Source: Chrysomallon squamiferum
Lineage: Eukaryota > Animalia > Mollusca
Assembly: GCA_012295275.1 (NCBI GenBank)
Contig: CM022672.1
Span: 16,430,001 to 16,494,000, forward strand
Length of the DNA: 64,000 nucleotides
Reading direction: 5' to 3'
Positions 41,892 to 54,910 of this stretch are shown here, piece after piece. The notes beneath the pieces are model-generated. The model saw only the letters and a list, made by a program, of their open reading frames with translations, made no database searches and had not been told where the DNA came from. The translations under genes and the position numbers were made by a program. The number at the start of each line of letters is the position of its first letter. The stretch's first letter is position 1.

Positions 41892-43316
41892 GTAAGTCTC
41901 TTTACTGCTGTAAAATGTTTCTGGTTCTAACTTACATTTTGTAATTAATAGTTTTATAACCTATCCTTTCCATCAGATGAAGTTGTGACTTTAGTAATTC
42001 TATTTATAATAGACTGTTAATGTAATATAATATACTGAGGACAATATTTCATCATCCTACAAGTCACTTGCATCTTTATTTTACTTTGTTGTTGGGTTTT
42101 CTTTGTGTTGTTATTGCTGGTGCTGCTGATGTTGTTATTATTTCTACCTTTTGAGAGAGCCCCTGGCATCTACAGAATGTGTCTCTTGTTTGTTACATCC
42201 TGTTATGTTTGTATCATAGAGGTATTGATGGAAGAATTGAATTACAGCCTGCCTGTTGTAACTAGACACAAATGGGTAAATTCCTGAAGTTACAACAGCA
42301 CTTGGGTGCTGAGCCAAACAACTTGGTACTTTCAGTGAATAATCTGACATTTCTTGGCACAATTACTGCAGTTGTCAGGATAATGCTTATCAAATGGTAT
42401 ATTTGGGAATTTCTGAGAAAGTGTGGGAAACCAAGCAAGATCTTTCACATTTTTTATTCTGAAATTAGTAATTAGTCAATTTTGTGTTATTCAAATTACT
42501 ATTATTATTAGATATATTGTTGGTGGTTTAGTTACTATTTACTTAATAGAAATAAATGTTAATACAAATTTGTTTATGAGGCAGAATAATTCTCCATTGG
42601 CTGTTATTCAGTGTACATGTCTTTTTTTAATATTGCCTGTAACCTTCATCTTGATCATTGAATTTCTTTTCACAATCAGCTGAATGCTGGTTGGGAAAAT
42701 TATTTAGCTTGAGACTGGTTTTTGAGTGGTAAATTAATCATTTGAGATCTTGATGCAGAAAATAAATCTCAAATTTCCAGCTGAAGGAAAAGAAATGCAT
42801 CTGACTTGTGTATGATAGGAAAATCAATATAAAGAAGCAAGCTTGGACTTAACATGGTCTGGTTGGCCATAGGGTAATTGTTCCCATTTGAGCATGCTAA
42901 TGAAACATTGGACCAGTATCGGCTTCATCGATCAAAATATGTTTCTTTTACAGGCAATGTTTTAAGATCAACAGTACATGGAATAAGTTGTTTAAGTGAT
43001 TGTGAACATACAACATATTAATATCTTCTGATGGATTTTATTTCTTTCTTCTTTCAGTTATTTCTTCAGTTTGATTAGTTCTAAACATTTTTACCTGTCT
43101 TTGTTCTCAGTTTTTAAATATTTAATAGAAAATATGTATTTATAAAAACAACACTAATTTATAGTTTTATTGTCCTGTTGACACAGACACGATGTAGAGA
43201 GTGAAGTTTGTTTGTCTTTTATTTAGGTTTTATTTTTATATTTCAGTCTATAAAACACTGCATATTAAGATTAAAGAAATTTTATTTTATTTTTTATTTA
43301 TATTTTTTATTTATTA

Positions 43317-43317
<1 letters not shown>

Positions 43318-43353
<36 letters not shown>
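43318..43353. repeat. (ATT)n microsatellite
   Basis: Direct reading; source of the poly-Ile ORF. Confidence 0.9.
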
Positions 43354-45096
43354 TTACATAGATCAAAATCTGTAATCAGCAACTGTATTTTATTACATAT
43401 ATTATTTACAAGTACCATGGTTTGAATAAATCATAACAAATAATTGCAGGTTGGTTTGAGATATGCAGAGGAATTAATGGCCTCATGGAAATAATAACAA
43501 CATCTTGCTCATTAAGATAGAATATTCACCATCCTGACCTTTATGAAAGAAGATGGTCAGCCTGTTATAACTGATCTTTATATTATTGATTAAGCACAGT
43601 TTGTTGCTGAAGGCACTGTTGATGTTAATCTACAAATGAATCAAATATTTATGAAACTTATCTTTCTTGTACTGAAAATAAATTAAATTGGCTGTTGGGC
43701 ATAATGCAGAAAGCTACTGAAATATAAACATTAAGGACAGAGGAAAAAGCCCCCTTTTTTCTGACTGAATTGCAGTTAACTCAAATTGTCAGTTAAAACT
43801 ATGCACATATATCTGATATTAATATATTTGGTATTCATGGTTGTCACATAAGCATCTATTCTGTTTATTAACACATTTAATTAGCTTTGTGAAATGTTAG
43901 TAATGATAATACTGTATCGAAACAAACAAAAATCCACCTGTGTAATATCTCTGATGTATATAATTATAAGCATGTTTGATGATCCAGTCTGATTCATAAT
44001 GAAATATCTGTGTAATACATTTAAATGAAAAATTGTTTTAACTTAACAAACCAGGGTATAGAGTATCAGCTGATTAATACTCACATGATAATATTAACAG
44101 ATGTTCATTAAAATTCTTAACACATTATTTTTATCACTTTTATGATAACCTATTTTAAATTTTTAATACATTTTTTTTTTTTTCTACATATATAAAATGA
44201 TAGTCGAGACAACACATTTCAGTCAGTTTGCTACATGCATTAATTTTATATTTTATTCAGTTGATTTAAATGTTAAGTTACAAAAATTGTATGCCAGTGT
44301 AAACTGAGTATTGGGAAGTAGTTCCTTTAATATGACCAAAAAGTCATTCTTCATGAATTCAGCCAGCTATATGTTGGTCATTTGGTTTATTCAGAATAAA
44401 TATAAGAAATTATTTCTTTATTTCTATTATATTTTTTTTAACTTAAATCACAAAATAATTTAAGAATACTTGTTAACATGTTCTTGATAGCAATTTATAT
44501 TCTTGAAATGAATAAACATCCCTACGAAGTATTTAAATAATTACTGAAAAAATGGCAAGTCTCTGAATATTACAGTCAGTTTATTGAGCATTTGAATTTC
44601 CTGAAAAATGATACAGAAAGAATATATACAGTAAGATTGTATGCTGGATAACAAAACAAAGAGTTTGGCAAGGTCTGATTAAATATGCAGCCCAGCAACA
44701 CCTGCTGTGTTAAAGGTTGGTCATCATTCAACCGTTTTTCCTGTTTTACGACCTCTGTCAGTGTTATCTGCTAGTAGGAAACAAGCACAGTTGAAGTGTT
44801 ATTATGCTTAAAGAAAGTTGTTGTGACCTTATTACCAGCCTGTCATTTAGAACTCAGTTCTTTTCCATAATGGAATTATTTTCACATGTGATCAAATTTT
44901 AACAAATTTTGACTTATTATTATTTTTTTTTTTTTTTTTTTTTAATTTCTTTCTTTCTGTCTACTGGATTTAAAATACATGTGTATGTATGTGTATATTA
45001 ATTTTTTTTTTTTAAGTAATATGATATACTTTAAGTGTTAACAAATGCAGTATTTGGAAATATACAAATGAGTAATTGTCCTATCGTATTTCTCAG

Positions 45097-45218
45097 TTGT
45101 GGATTCAATACTACGAGGTGTTGAAGTTGGTATTGCATCACGACGACGTCCAAGAACAAATAACAATAACAACAACCACAACAACAATAACAACAACAGC
45201 AGTAATTCTAAAGAACCA
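45097..45218 (+). CDS. JMJD1C: JMJD1C exon 6 (VVDSILRGVEVGIASRRRPRT-polyN-SSNSKEP)
   Basis: Matches VVHSLLKGENIGITSRRRSR; ttctcag / gtaagt; 122 nt, phase 1->0. Confidence 0.9.
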
Positions 45219-46046
45219 GTAAGTATATATTATTTCTTCTTTTATAAATATAGATGTATTATGAATTAATTTTATTTTTAATAGGTTTATTTTAATTGGC
45301 TTCAAAACACATTGAATTCATAAACAGTTTTTTTTTTTTAAATATATTTTAAATTGTGTAGCTAATTTAAGATTTCTTTTTTTTAATGATTTTTTTTAAA
45401 GATTTTTCATATTATTTCTGTAAAAATAATAAATATTTTAAAATTCACATTTATATTTCAAATATTTAAATTTTATTGTAATTTTATAAGCTTACCAGAA
45501 AAAGTGTTAAAAAAATAAATAAATAAACAAATAAATACTCCATTATTTTGTAAACAATAGTCACTTGATAAAATTGTACTGAAGGATGTGGATCAAAGTT
45601 TTATTTTTTTTTATCTAATGGTATCTTTTTAATTATGAGTTATGATTAAAATTATAAATTACAAAAAATATAAATTAACAGTTTATATATGAATTATTTT
45701 TATCATTGTTGTTCAAAAGATTAATTTCTAAAAGATATGATTCATGTTGTACAGAAAATACTTTTAATCCCACTTTTTCATGTTCATGACCATACTACGT
45801 GTTTCATTAATTACAAATCATGTCCAAATTTACTCATCATTTTGAAATTGACTGTATATTGTTCATAATTTTGCTTAAAAATTTTGCACCATGTCAGTAG
45901 AGTGGCACAGATTCTGACTGTCAATAAGTACTTTAAACTGCACTTATTTTCTGCACTGACCGGAAGGTTAATAGGTTTTGTTAATTGTGTTCTGAAGTGT
46001 CTCTTCTCCAAAAGTCTATATTGTTTTACATGCAAGCCCAAATAAT

Positions 46047-46087
<41 letters not shown>

Positions 46088-48062
46088 TTTAAACTAAACA
46101 ATATTAAATCAAAATAGCAATTACACTTACAATGATGTATTAAAATAAATAAATAAAATTTAAATATCCAACAATAATGGAACTGAATAAAATTAAACAG
46201 CATAAAATTTAATCTGAGTCTGTTGTATAAACACTATTTATTTATTTATTTATTTTATTTGTTTTTAATTTTTTCTATTACTTTGTTGGTGATTGTTGTT
46301 TAGTTTTTGGTTCTATTGATATAAAATCTGTCATCTAGATAAATTAAGGAATAACAGTTGTTTGTTGATGACATACATGATTTATTACAAAATATTTAAT
46401 ATCATAACACTCCAGTAACTGTTCAATTGCAGTACGTGATAGTAATAACTTTTTTGTATTCAGCTTCATTTATTTCCTCAGAAAACCAACATTTTGAAAT
46501 ACAGATAATAATAATAAAACCAAAGTTAGTTCTGTTTCTTCTTTAATGTTTTTACTGTTGTTGTTGTGTTACTCTAATGATGTTTTTTTTGTGTGAAAAT
46601 TTTAATTGATTTTTCTTTTCTTTTTTTTTTTTTTTTGAATTAGTGTACCAAATAATTGCCCACTATTTCTTGATTCATTGGTGATAGGGGAAAAAAACAA
46701 TAACAGATTTTATCTTGTTTGGAAAAAAGGTTTTGGGTTATGTGATAAGTCTAAACAAGCTAAAATTTGACACTTTACTGATTGATAACAGCACATGATG
46801 TCTGCTTGGCCGGATATTCTAGGAAACATTGATTGATGATGTCAAATTACTTAATTACTAAACTTGTTGATAGTACTGATTTTTGTTATTTATGTTTCCA
46901 AGTTTTCTAGATAGATCAGTATTTTATTAAAATGGAACAGATATTCTCTTTAAAAAGTCTAAATGATAAAAATATCTATGGATTACATATAATTATAATT
47001 TTCAAAATTCAATATACACCAAATTGTTTTAAGTAACTTCTCAATGTAACACCTTTTGAGTAACCTTTGAAGCTTGTTATGGAATCATTTTGTTTTCTTC
47101 TCTCTCTCAAAAAAATGAGATTACAATGAAAACGAACAATATAATAAATATCAGGCACAATTTCAGAGTAATTATTATTTTTGGTTGTGGAGCAGAAGTA
47201 ATGCATTTAATAAGTTGTATAATTTGAATGTTATTAGCTTACATGCTTTGTTAGTTGAAATATAATAATGCTGGCATTGTTAGATGGGTTTTTACTCTAT
47301 GACCTCACAGTTGCAGATGATAGATAAACAAGTGCATTTTTAGTTTCATTTACTTTTTTCTTTTAAATATTGTTTTTCCTTCTGTTTGCCTATCCTTAAA
47401 ACTTGAACATAGCATAAGAGTGATTTTCCTGTTATGAAAATATCAGCTCACTTGATAAATATTTAAGTCAGACAATGTAAAATGTAAAAGTTAAAGACAT
47501 AAATGATAAATGGTTGAGATTAATGCATCCCATGCACACACTTGGTTTTCCCACTGGATTCATTAGTACTCTTGAATTGGAATTTGTCTTCAACCTTATG
47601 GCTTATATAACTTCATATAAGCTGGTGTGGAAATATGGCTTAATTAGTCAGAGCTTTATGGATAGACAGCAACTTCACTGCTGCGGTTGGTACTGTCAGT
47701 GATTGAATACCTTTGTGGCTTTGACCAAATATTTTAATTATCTTTTGAACCTAAATAGCTTAGAGATAGGTGTTGCCTGCCACAGCTCACATTCAGCTAC
47801 TGATGAAAGAAGATATGCCTGCATTCACTGCATCATATGGCATGTTGAACATTGAGTAGTAATTGGTCATTAACTAAGATAGGTAAATGGCTTGGTCAGA
47901 CCAGTTTATTCACTCTAGAAACCAGTGGCTAGTTTGATTAATATGCTGGTCCTTCGAATACTCAGAAAGTATTGATTTTTATTTTTCCAGCTGAAAAGGT
48001 TTCATAGTAGATAATGTTTTCACAAAAGATATATATAAACTTATATTAGTATTATATACCAA

Positions 48063-48244
48063 GCATATAATATTAATTGAATAGATTTAACTTGATATTA
48101 AAGTTATTAAAATTAATCATTTTGAGAAACATTATAAATATAAACAAACATTTTCTGCATTTCTTAGAATGGCATATAACATTAATGAAATAGATTTAAC
48201 TTCATATTAAAGTTATTAAAATTAATCATTTTGAGAAACATTAT
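48063..48244. repeat. 73-bp direct repeat, 109-bp period
   Basis: atagatttaactt(g/c)atattaaagttattaaaattaatcattttgagaaacattat at 48081 and 48190, with similar upstream flanks. Confidence 0.88.
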
Positions 48245-51012
48245 TTCTTTGAAATTGAATGCACTGAAAATCAAAGAGAAAACTTAAATTTTGTTTTGTT
48301 GTGGTCATATCTTGAATTAATTCATAATAAAGACTCTTTTCTCCAGTTGATACATAAATCTTTCATCAGAATTTTATGTGTCTGTTATACTAGTCAAAAC
48401 ATCAGCAGACCATTTTGCATCAAACTAAATTTAGCTTTCCAGTCTGTGTAATCATGTTGCTAAGCAACATGCTTTTCAGGGTTAAAGGTTGTTGACTAAG
48501 CACACAAAAGTTCTTTTCAGTATTTGAAGCTCTAATGTTTATGGAAGAACAGACATAGGTGGGCCATAGCTGGTTTTTGTAAGCAGGTCAAAAGTCACTG
48601 AGCATATAGCAATGAACCCAGTCTTGTGATAAACATCCCTTTTCACTTGCCTGCCTTTTGTTGGATTGTTAAGCTATAGCTGTGCTCATACATATTAATG
48701 TAAATAGTGGAGCAGCAGCAAAGATAAAGTAGTAAGGTTTTTTCAATATACTTTTATTCAGTGAATTGTGTGTTTTTTTTCCTCTGTTTGGAATTTGTAG
48801 ATGATTGAACTTTGCATTCAGCACAAATGTAAGCACAAGCCACAGTAAACAGTTACCTTTCTACAGTGCCCTTAATATGCTGAACAGTACCACTATTGGA
48901 ATAAGCATTAATTTAATTTCAAATCAGTTGGCAGTCTGAAGTTTATAGCATTTAAATTATTATGACATGATACTCAATCATTGGAATCTGTAACTTACTT
49001 AGAGCATTTATTTTAGATAAAATATCTGAATAGGTTTTGTATTTTTTTGCTACCAAATAATTTTCTTGACTCATTTTACTTTCTTTTTTTTCAGAATATT
49101 TTAAAAATATTAATTCATTTAACAGGATATGCTGAGATATATAAAATCTTTTTCTGTTTAACATAGAATTCTTTATCTTTAATGTTATGCCTGAAACAGT
49201 CTCATAACCTTTGTTTTTAAGACAAAAAAAGAATAAACATAGTATTTTAATATGTTTGACATGTCCCCTCGTAAGATTATGGAGGGCTACAACCAATCCT
49301 GTTATGCATGACTCACCTTAAATCTACTTAAATCACACTGAGAAATTTGTTCTACTCCACTGGTTATATTTGCCTAAATGGCTTTCTGAATATTCTGTCC
49401 CAGGTGTGCCTTATCTACATTCTGTTGTTGGTAGGTAATTAGATTATGTCACAATTCATTTGGTCTGGTACATAGATATGCTTCATTACATTGGTGCACT
49501 TGTATTATTTACAATGAAATTTATCTACATGGATTACTCTGTGAAAGGTTTTTGTTGCTGCTGTTGTTTTATAATTTATTTTTCAGCCACTTCTGATGAC
49601 ATATTTTATTAATAATATTCAGGTAGTACTTATTTTATAATACAGTGGTGTTATAATATATAGATGGAATATTATTTCAGCATAGATATATAGATATATG
49701 AATATATATTATTTATATATATTATCCCATATTTATTTAAAACTATAATAAACAATTTTTTAAAGGAGAAGAAGTATTAATAGTTTCTTTTATTTAATTT
49801 TTAAATATTTATTTTCCACTCAGTTCAGTTCACTAAATGTTACATTATACAGAAAACACCCTAAGACGTTTTGTATCAGACTTAACAAAAAGTACAAGTT
49901 TAATGGCAGTATGCCACAACCTGCTATCAAGGTCATCAACAGCTGAGCATGTAGTATTGCTTTACTCCTTTCTATGATCTGTAGTATGAATCATTAACAA
50001 ACCTTTTCTTTCTTTCTCCCTTTTTTTAAATTATTTTTTTTATATCACCCTTCATGCCTATACCTTTAATCTTATCCACTTTTAATGTGTGTTTGATAAT
50101 GGAACAAAGAAAAACCCCTTCACCCAATCCTGATGCAGAATTATTTGTGCTAAATGGGAATATGTCTTTTGTTCTCTATTTATTTTGAGCCAGTCCCTTT
50201 GGTTTCTTGTTATCCTGCATGAGTGATTTCCAGCAGATTAGCCCTAGCAGTGGGCATTAACATAATAAAGATCTTTCAGACAGCAGGATTTAGATTAGAC
50301 TGAAGTTATTGCTATGAATAGAATATTAATTTTATCCAGTTGAGTTGGAACAGGTTGGGGAAAATCATTGAAAGTAAAATGAGGTCAGTCATACAAGATT
50401 GTATTGTCACAGCAGGCAGCTTATGGTGTTTGTATCCAAAAGGAAGAAACTTTTCTTCTACAGAAAAGCTCTTTAGGCTCTATTATGATTAACTGACCTG
50501 ACAGTTTTTATTACATGTGACATAACAGCCAGTAATTTGCATCTGCAGTAGAAAACTAGGACAGCCATCCGTTATTTTTCTGTTATATACACTAAGGAGG
50601 AAGGACATGTCAGCTGGAAACATATGTAAGCAATATTAGTCGCATAAAAAAGATTTATTTTGGTCTCAGGGGCTTGGCTTCACATTAAATACTGAAAGTG
50701 CTGTCTGTCCTGAATCTCTGTTGTTGCTGTGATAAGGGCCAGCAACCTGGCTCTCATGTAGTTTGGCCACAGGCCAACATACTGACAAGTTTGGATAAGC
50801 AGTGAAGGATCCATTTACCAGTGTTTGACATTCCACGAAGCCGGCCCGCCAAACAAGCCTGAAGGTCACTCGTTCAGAGTTCACCAGACTAACAACTCCA
50901 TTGTGTGAAGTGGCGGGCCACTCACTCGCTGTGGTTGTGTTGTTTTCCTGTCTCCTATTTGAAGGGCTTTCTATACCAGTTTTGTTTAAAAATTCACTGT
51001 TTTGTTTACTAG

Positions 51013-51160
51013 GCTCATCGCAGACCAGTACAAGGCAGCAATACACCTGTATCACAACAATCTAACCCTCCAGTGAATAAAAGCTCAGTTGGACTGCGTA
51101 CCAGTAAAACTCGACAAACACACTCTACAGGAGGAAACAGTGAACAGCAGACAGAAAAAG
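51013..51160 (+). CDS. JMJD1C: JMJD1C exon 7 (AHRRPVQGSNTPVSQQSNPPVNKSSVGLRTSKTRQTHSTGGNSEQQTEK)
   Basis: tttgtttactag acceptor, AAG|gtttgt donor; 148 nt open frame, phase 0->1, exactly bridging the phase mismatch between exons 6 and 8. Confidence 0.78.
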
Positions 51161-53193
51161 GTTTGTTACTCAGATATCTTGTTCATTTAATTTATTGCTG
51201 TTTCTTCTCTTTTCATTTTAGTTTTAATGTCTCAGAATAATATTAAAAATATTTATCTGATTTCTTACAAGGGCTTTTGATAGGATGTTAATTTGTTTAA
51301 GTGTACTTCACTTTCAGGCAAAATAATATTGATTTAAACCAATATTTTGTAGATTATTTGTCATAATAAATATGCTAGATATTGAACAAAAATATTATTT
51401 TGAAAATCTGTAAGATCATGTTAAAAGAAAAAACAACATAATTTTGGCCCGGATGTTGTGCTTTTCATTCAAGCTACAAAGTTGAAAGGTTTTTCTTTGA
51501 TACGTTATCTGTCAGTGGGAGTCACGCCAGCTGGAAAGCACATGGGTTAGTCACAAGCAGGTCAGGTATACTGGCTTTATTGGATTGAGTAATGGATCCC
51601 ACAGTCGCCATTTTGACCTTTGTATTCCATTGTTAAACACCACTATTCAAGTGCAGCTTACCTGCATAATAGTTCACTGTTTACAATACAGTTTAAAAAA
51701 AAAAAAAAAAAAAAAATTGTTTTTTTGTCATGTTTTAAAAATTAATCAGCTTACTGAAAAAAAATTAGTGTTGTGTTAATGGTTACAAATAAATGTTTAC
51801 TGTAGTGATAAAAAGTTCACAGAAAATAAAATTGCTTCTGCAGATTTTAACATTTTTGAATTGGAAAACATTTTTGAATATTGTTATTAGTCAATTTTGT
51901 GTGCGTGTGTGTTTAGTGAATTAATTTTGTATGAAAATATGAATAGTTTTGCAGAAAATAACAACTCCCAGATATTACAAAACTTTTTTAATAAACATTA
52001 TCCAGTGACATCCAAAATTTCTATTAGGTTAAAGAATTTGATTTGATATATATATATATATTTGATATTTAAATTCTGTGTTGTATTAATCTTGCTAATG
52101 GCAAAATAGGTACTTACTTAATCAGTCAGCTTAAGCATATATATGCTGTGTGAAAGAACATTGCATAGAATACATCTGTATATTATACTTTTGTTTATAA
52201 AAATATTTCACTTGTACAACACAGTTGTGTGTTTCATGTTTTTATTATTATTACTATTATTATAGCTGAAATTTATTAATTCAACAAAAATTTCTGAATT
52301 GTCCAATTGCATCAGTTGAATTAGTATTAGAACAGGACTGAAGTTAGTGTGTCCATAGAGGTTAGATGTTCTTTTCTGCAGTGACAGTTTTTAAATATAT
52401 GTCACTGCACCTTTACAGAGCTGCAGTAATTTATTTCCTTTATGGATTCAATGACCTCTTCCTTCATCACATGGTCTAGTAGTTCAAGTACAGTGACTAA
52501 TCTTGATTCTGTAAAGCTGTTTACAATATAAATACATGTTTTATTAGCGTTATCTGCTGCATCTGTGTGGATCTTGCCTGAGTTAGGCCTGCCAAGCCAG
52601 TCCTATAAATATCTTACATACACTATCTTTGTTTGATAGATGAGAGAGTGAGCATGAACAAGTTGGCTGTTTTTTTTTTTTCAGAAAAGTTCATTCTTTG
52701 TGTTGATTTGCCACAAAGTGGTATGCTTAAATGTTTAAATATTTCTGCTGAATAAACTTGAACTACAATATTTAAGAATTTCATGCCACCTGATATCTGT
52801 TTGTGTATATATATATATATATAAACAATTAAATGTATTATATATAGTACTGATAATATTTATTATTTTTTTATAACTTTTTTTATTATTTATTTTTAAT
52901 TTTTTTTATTATTATTAATGTTATTTTTTTATTTATTTTTTATTATATATATTTATTTTTTATTTTTTTTTAAACATTATTTTTGTTCTTAGTTTTTGTT
53001 TTGTTTGTTTAGAATTATAGATTATCAAAAAGATTTAATTTCAGTGTTATGATTCTGATCAGTTTTATACTTTATATTATGATTCATTTATAGATTTTTG
53101 AATGAATGAATGTTATTAAAGAGAAAGACAACGAAAATAAAATAAATATGTAATGTAGCTACATTATATTTCATTAGTTTTTTGTTTTTACAG

Positions 53194-54910
53194 TTTCTGT
53201 CACAGAGAGAACTACTACTTCAAGAAGCAGATCACAGGCTTCTAGAGATCGGAAGCGTAAATCAGATGTTGACACTGAAGATTGTCAACAGTGTTTATCA
53301 CCAAGCAAACAACAGAAAGGAAGTGATGATCCAGAGTACACTGTACCACCAGAACCACCAGATCCTGAAGAAATTTCTGCTAGTAAAGTGAGCGTGAAAG
53401 TGCAAGAAAAAGAGGTTTCAAAAGAAAGTCATACAAGAGAGAAAGGAAAATCAAAGAGATCAAAGGATAACTCAAAAGAAACTACTAAATATGCCAATAT
53501 TATCACAGATAACAAAGTGAATAATAACACTGCAAATAAAGACAAACACAAGGAACCTAAAGCAAATTCAAAGGTCAAAGAGACCTCTGCAAGAAACAGG
53601 GTTTCTGAAAAATTGAAACCAAAGAGAGAGAAAATAAAGCAGCCAGTAGGTGGCTGCCAATCTGGAAAACAAACTGAGCCTGATAGCCAAGTAAATTCAG
53701 AAAATGAATTAAATGATGAAGAAAGTGGGGAAGTAATCCCAAAGCCAGTAAAAACAGAGACTGATTGTACAGACGAAAGGGATGATAATATGCACTTCAA
53801 AAAGCAGATTCTTTTAAGTGGTGGAAATAATTCTGGTTGTTCAAGTGACAGCCAGTCAACTGCTTTGACTAATATTGATGTGACACGTTCTATAACAGAC
53901 CAAATAACAAAGGCCAAAGCTGAAAAACTTGCATTGAACTGTGATGGAAAACCATCGGAACTTGAGGCAGCATCTCACATATCAACTTTTTTCAGAGATG
54001 AAACTGAAAAAAATGTTTCAAAAACTCAGGCATTAAGTCCTGAGAGACATTGTGATAACTTGGTAGGAAATACCCAGACTCAAATCAACACTGGTATTGT
54101 TCGCAGCAATACCCCTACCCCTGGCACAGAGGACAGGTCATACTCCAGAGGTAGCGATGATCGGTCTTTCTGTGGTTTTTATGATGAGAAAAAACCTAGT
54201 TCTCGACCCAGTTCACGATTAGATGAAGTTAGGAGTGTGAAAAGCAGTCCAGCATCCAGTCCACTTATTGTGGATAAAAATGAACCAGTTCATATATACA
54301 GGGACCCAGAATTGATGCGTAAAAATCCTGTTCAGAGTAATGTGCAGAATATACTTGAACACCAGCAGAAAACAATGAGTCAGCCATCATATCCAACAGT
54401 GCACAATCCTATACCCACTGCCCCTCCAACTGTTATTCCAACCACTTCTTCCATGAGCCACCCTATCTCCAGGACGCTACTGACACCACTCCCCTATCCT
54501 CATACCTTGCCCCCTTCAATGAGTAACATTTCACATCAACTTTCACTACCTCATCCTGGATACCCTTCCGAAATAGCAGCCAGAGGACTAGTTGCACAAC
54601 AACAGCAGCAGCAACTAGCTTTACAGCATCACTATCAAAATGCACAATTAATGCAGCAATTGTCATATTCACATGCCGGAAATAGACTAGCGCAGTTAGA
54701 ACTATTGTGGCAGCAGAAATTTCCAACTGTGCCCTTGCCTCCTCCCTACCTTCTTGCAAAACAGCAAGAAGGTCTCTTGGGAGATGTATCTATGTTGAGA
54801 GAAAGGGAATTGATTGAGAGGGAACAACGGGAGAGACTTGTAGAACGAGCAGAATTAGAGAGGCTAGAACATATTGAGAGAGAAAGAAGAGAACGAGAAA
54901 GAAAAGAACG
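53194..54910 (+). CDS. JMJD1C: JMJD1C exon 8, large disordered exon (RKRKSD; SPLIVDKNEPVHIYRDPEL; ER-rich end)
   Basis: Contains the 522-aa ORF; SPLIVDKNE...YRDP.L matches human SPLIIDKNEHFTVYRDPAL; tttttacag acceptor phase 1, ACG|gtttgt donor phase 2. Confidence 0.88.

Noticed and set aside
50666-51055. 129-aa minus-strand ORF, and a tRNA-like reading of the 50843-50919 stem
   Set aside because: The ORF starts at GTG antisense to exon 7 with no motifs; the stem lacks D-arm and TTC T-loop features on either strand
52685-52720. 36-nt exon-like segment (poly-T cag ... GTG|gtatgc)
   Set aside because: It would have to be read in phase 1 between exons 7 and 8, where it hits a TGA; no homology support, so probably a pseudo-exon
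45218-53194. Apparent frameshift between JMJD1C exons 6 and 8 (pseudogene or assembly error)
   Set aside because: Resolved by the 148-nt phase 0->1 exon at 51013-51160
53429-54759. Minus-strand ORFs of 162 and 98 aa
   Set aside because: Antisense shadows of the large JMJD1C coding exon 8
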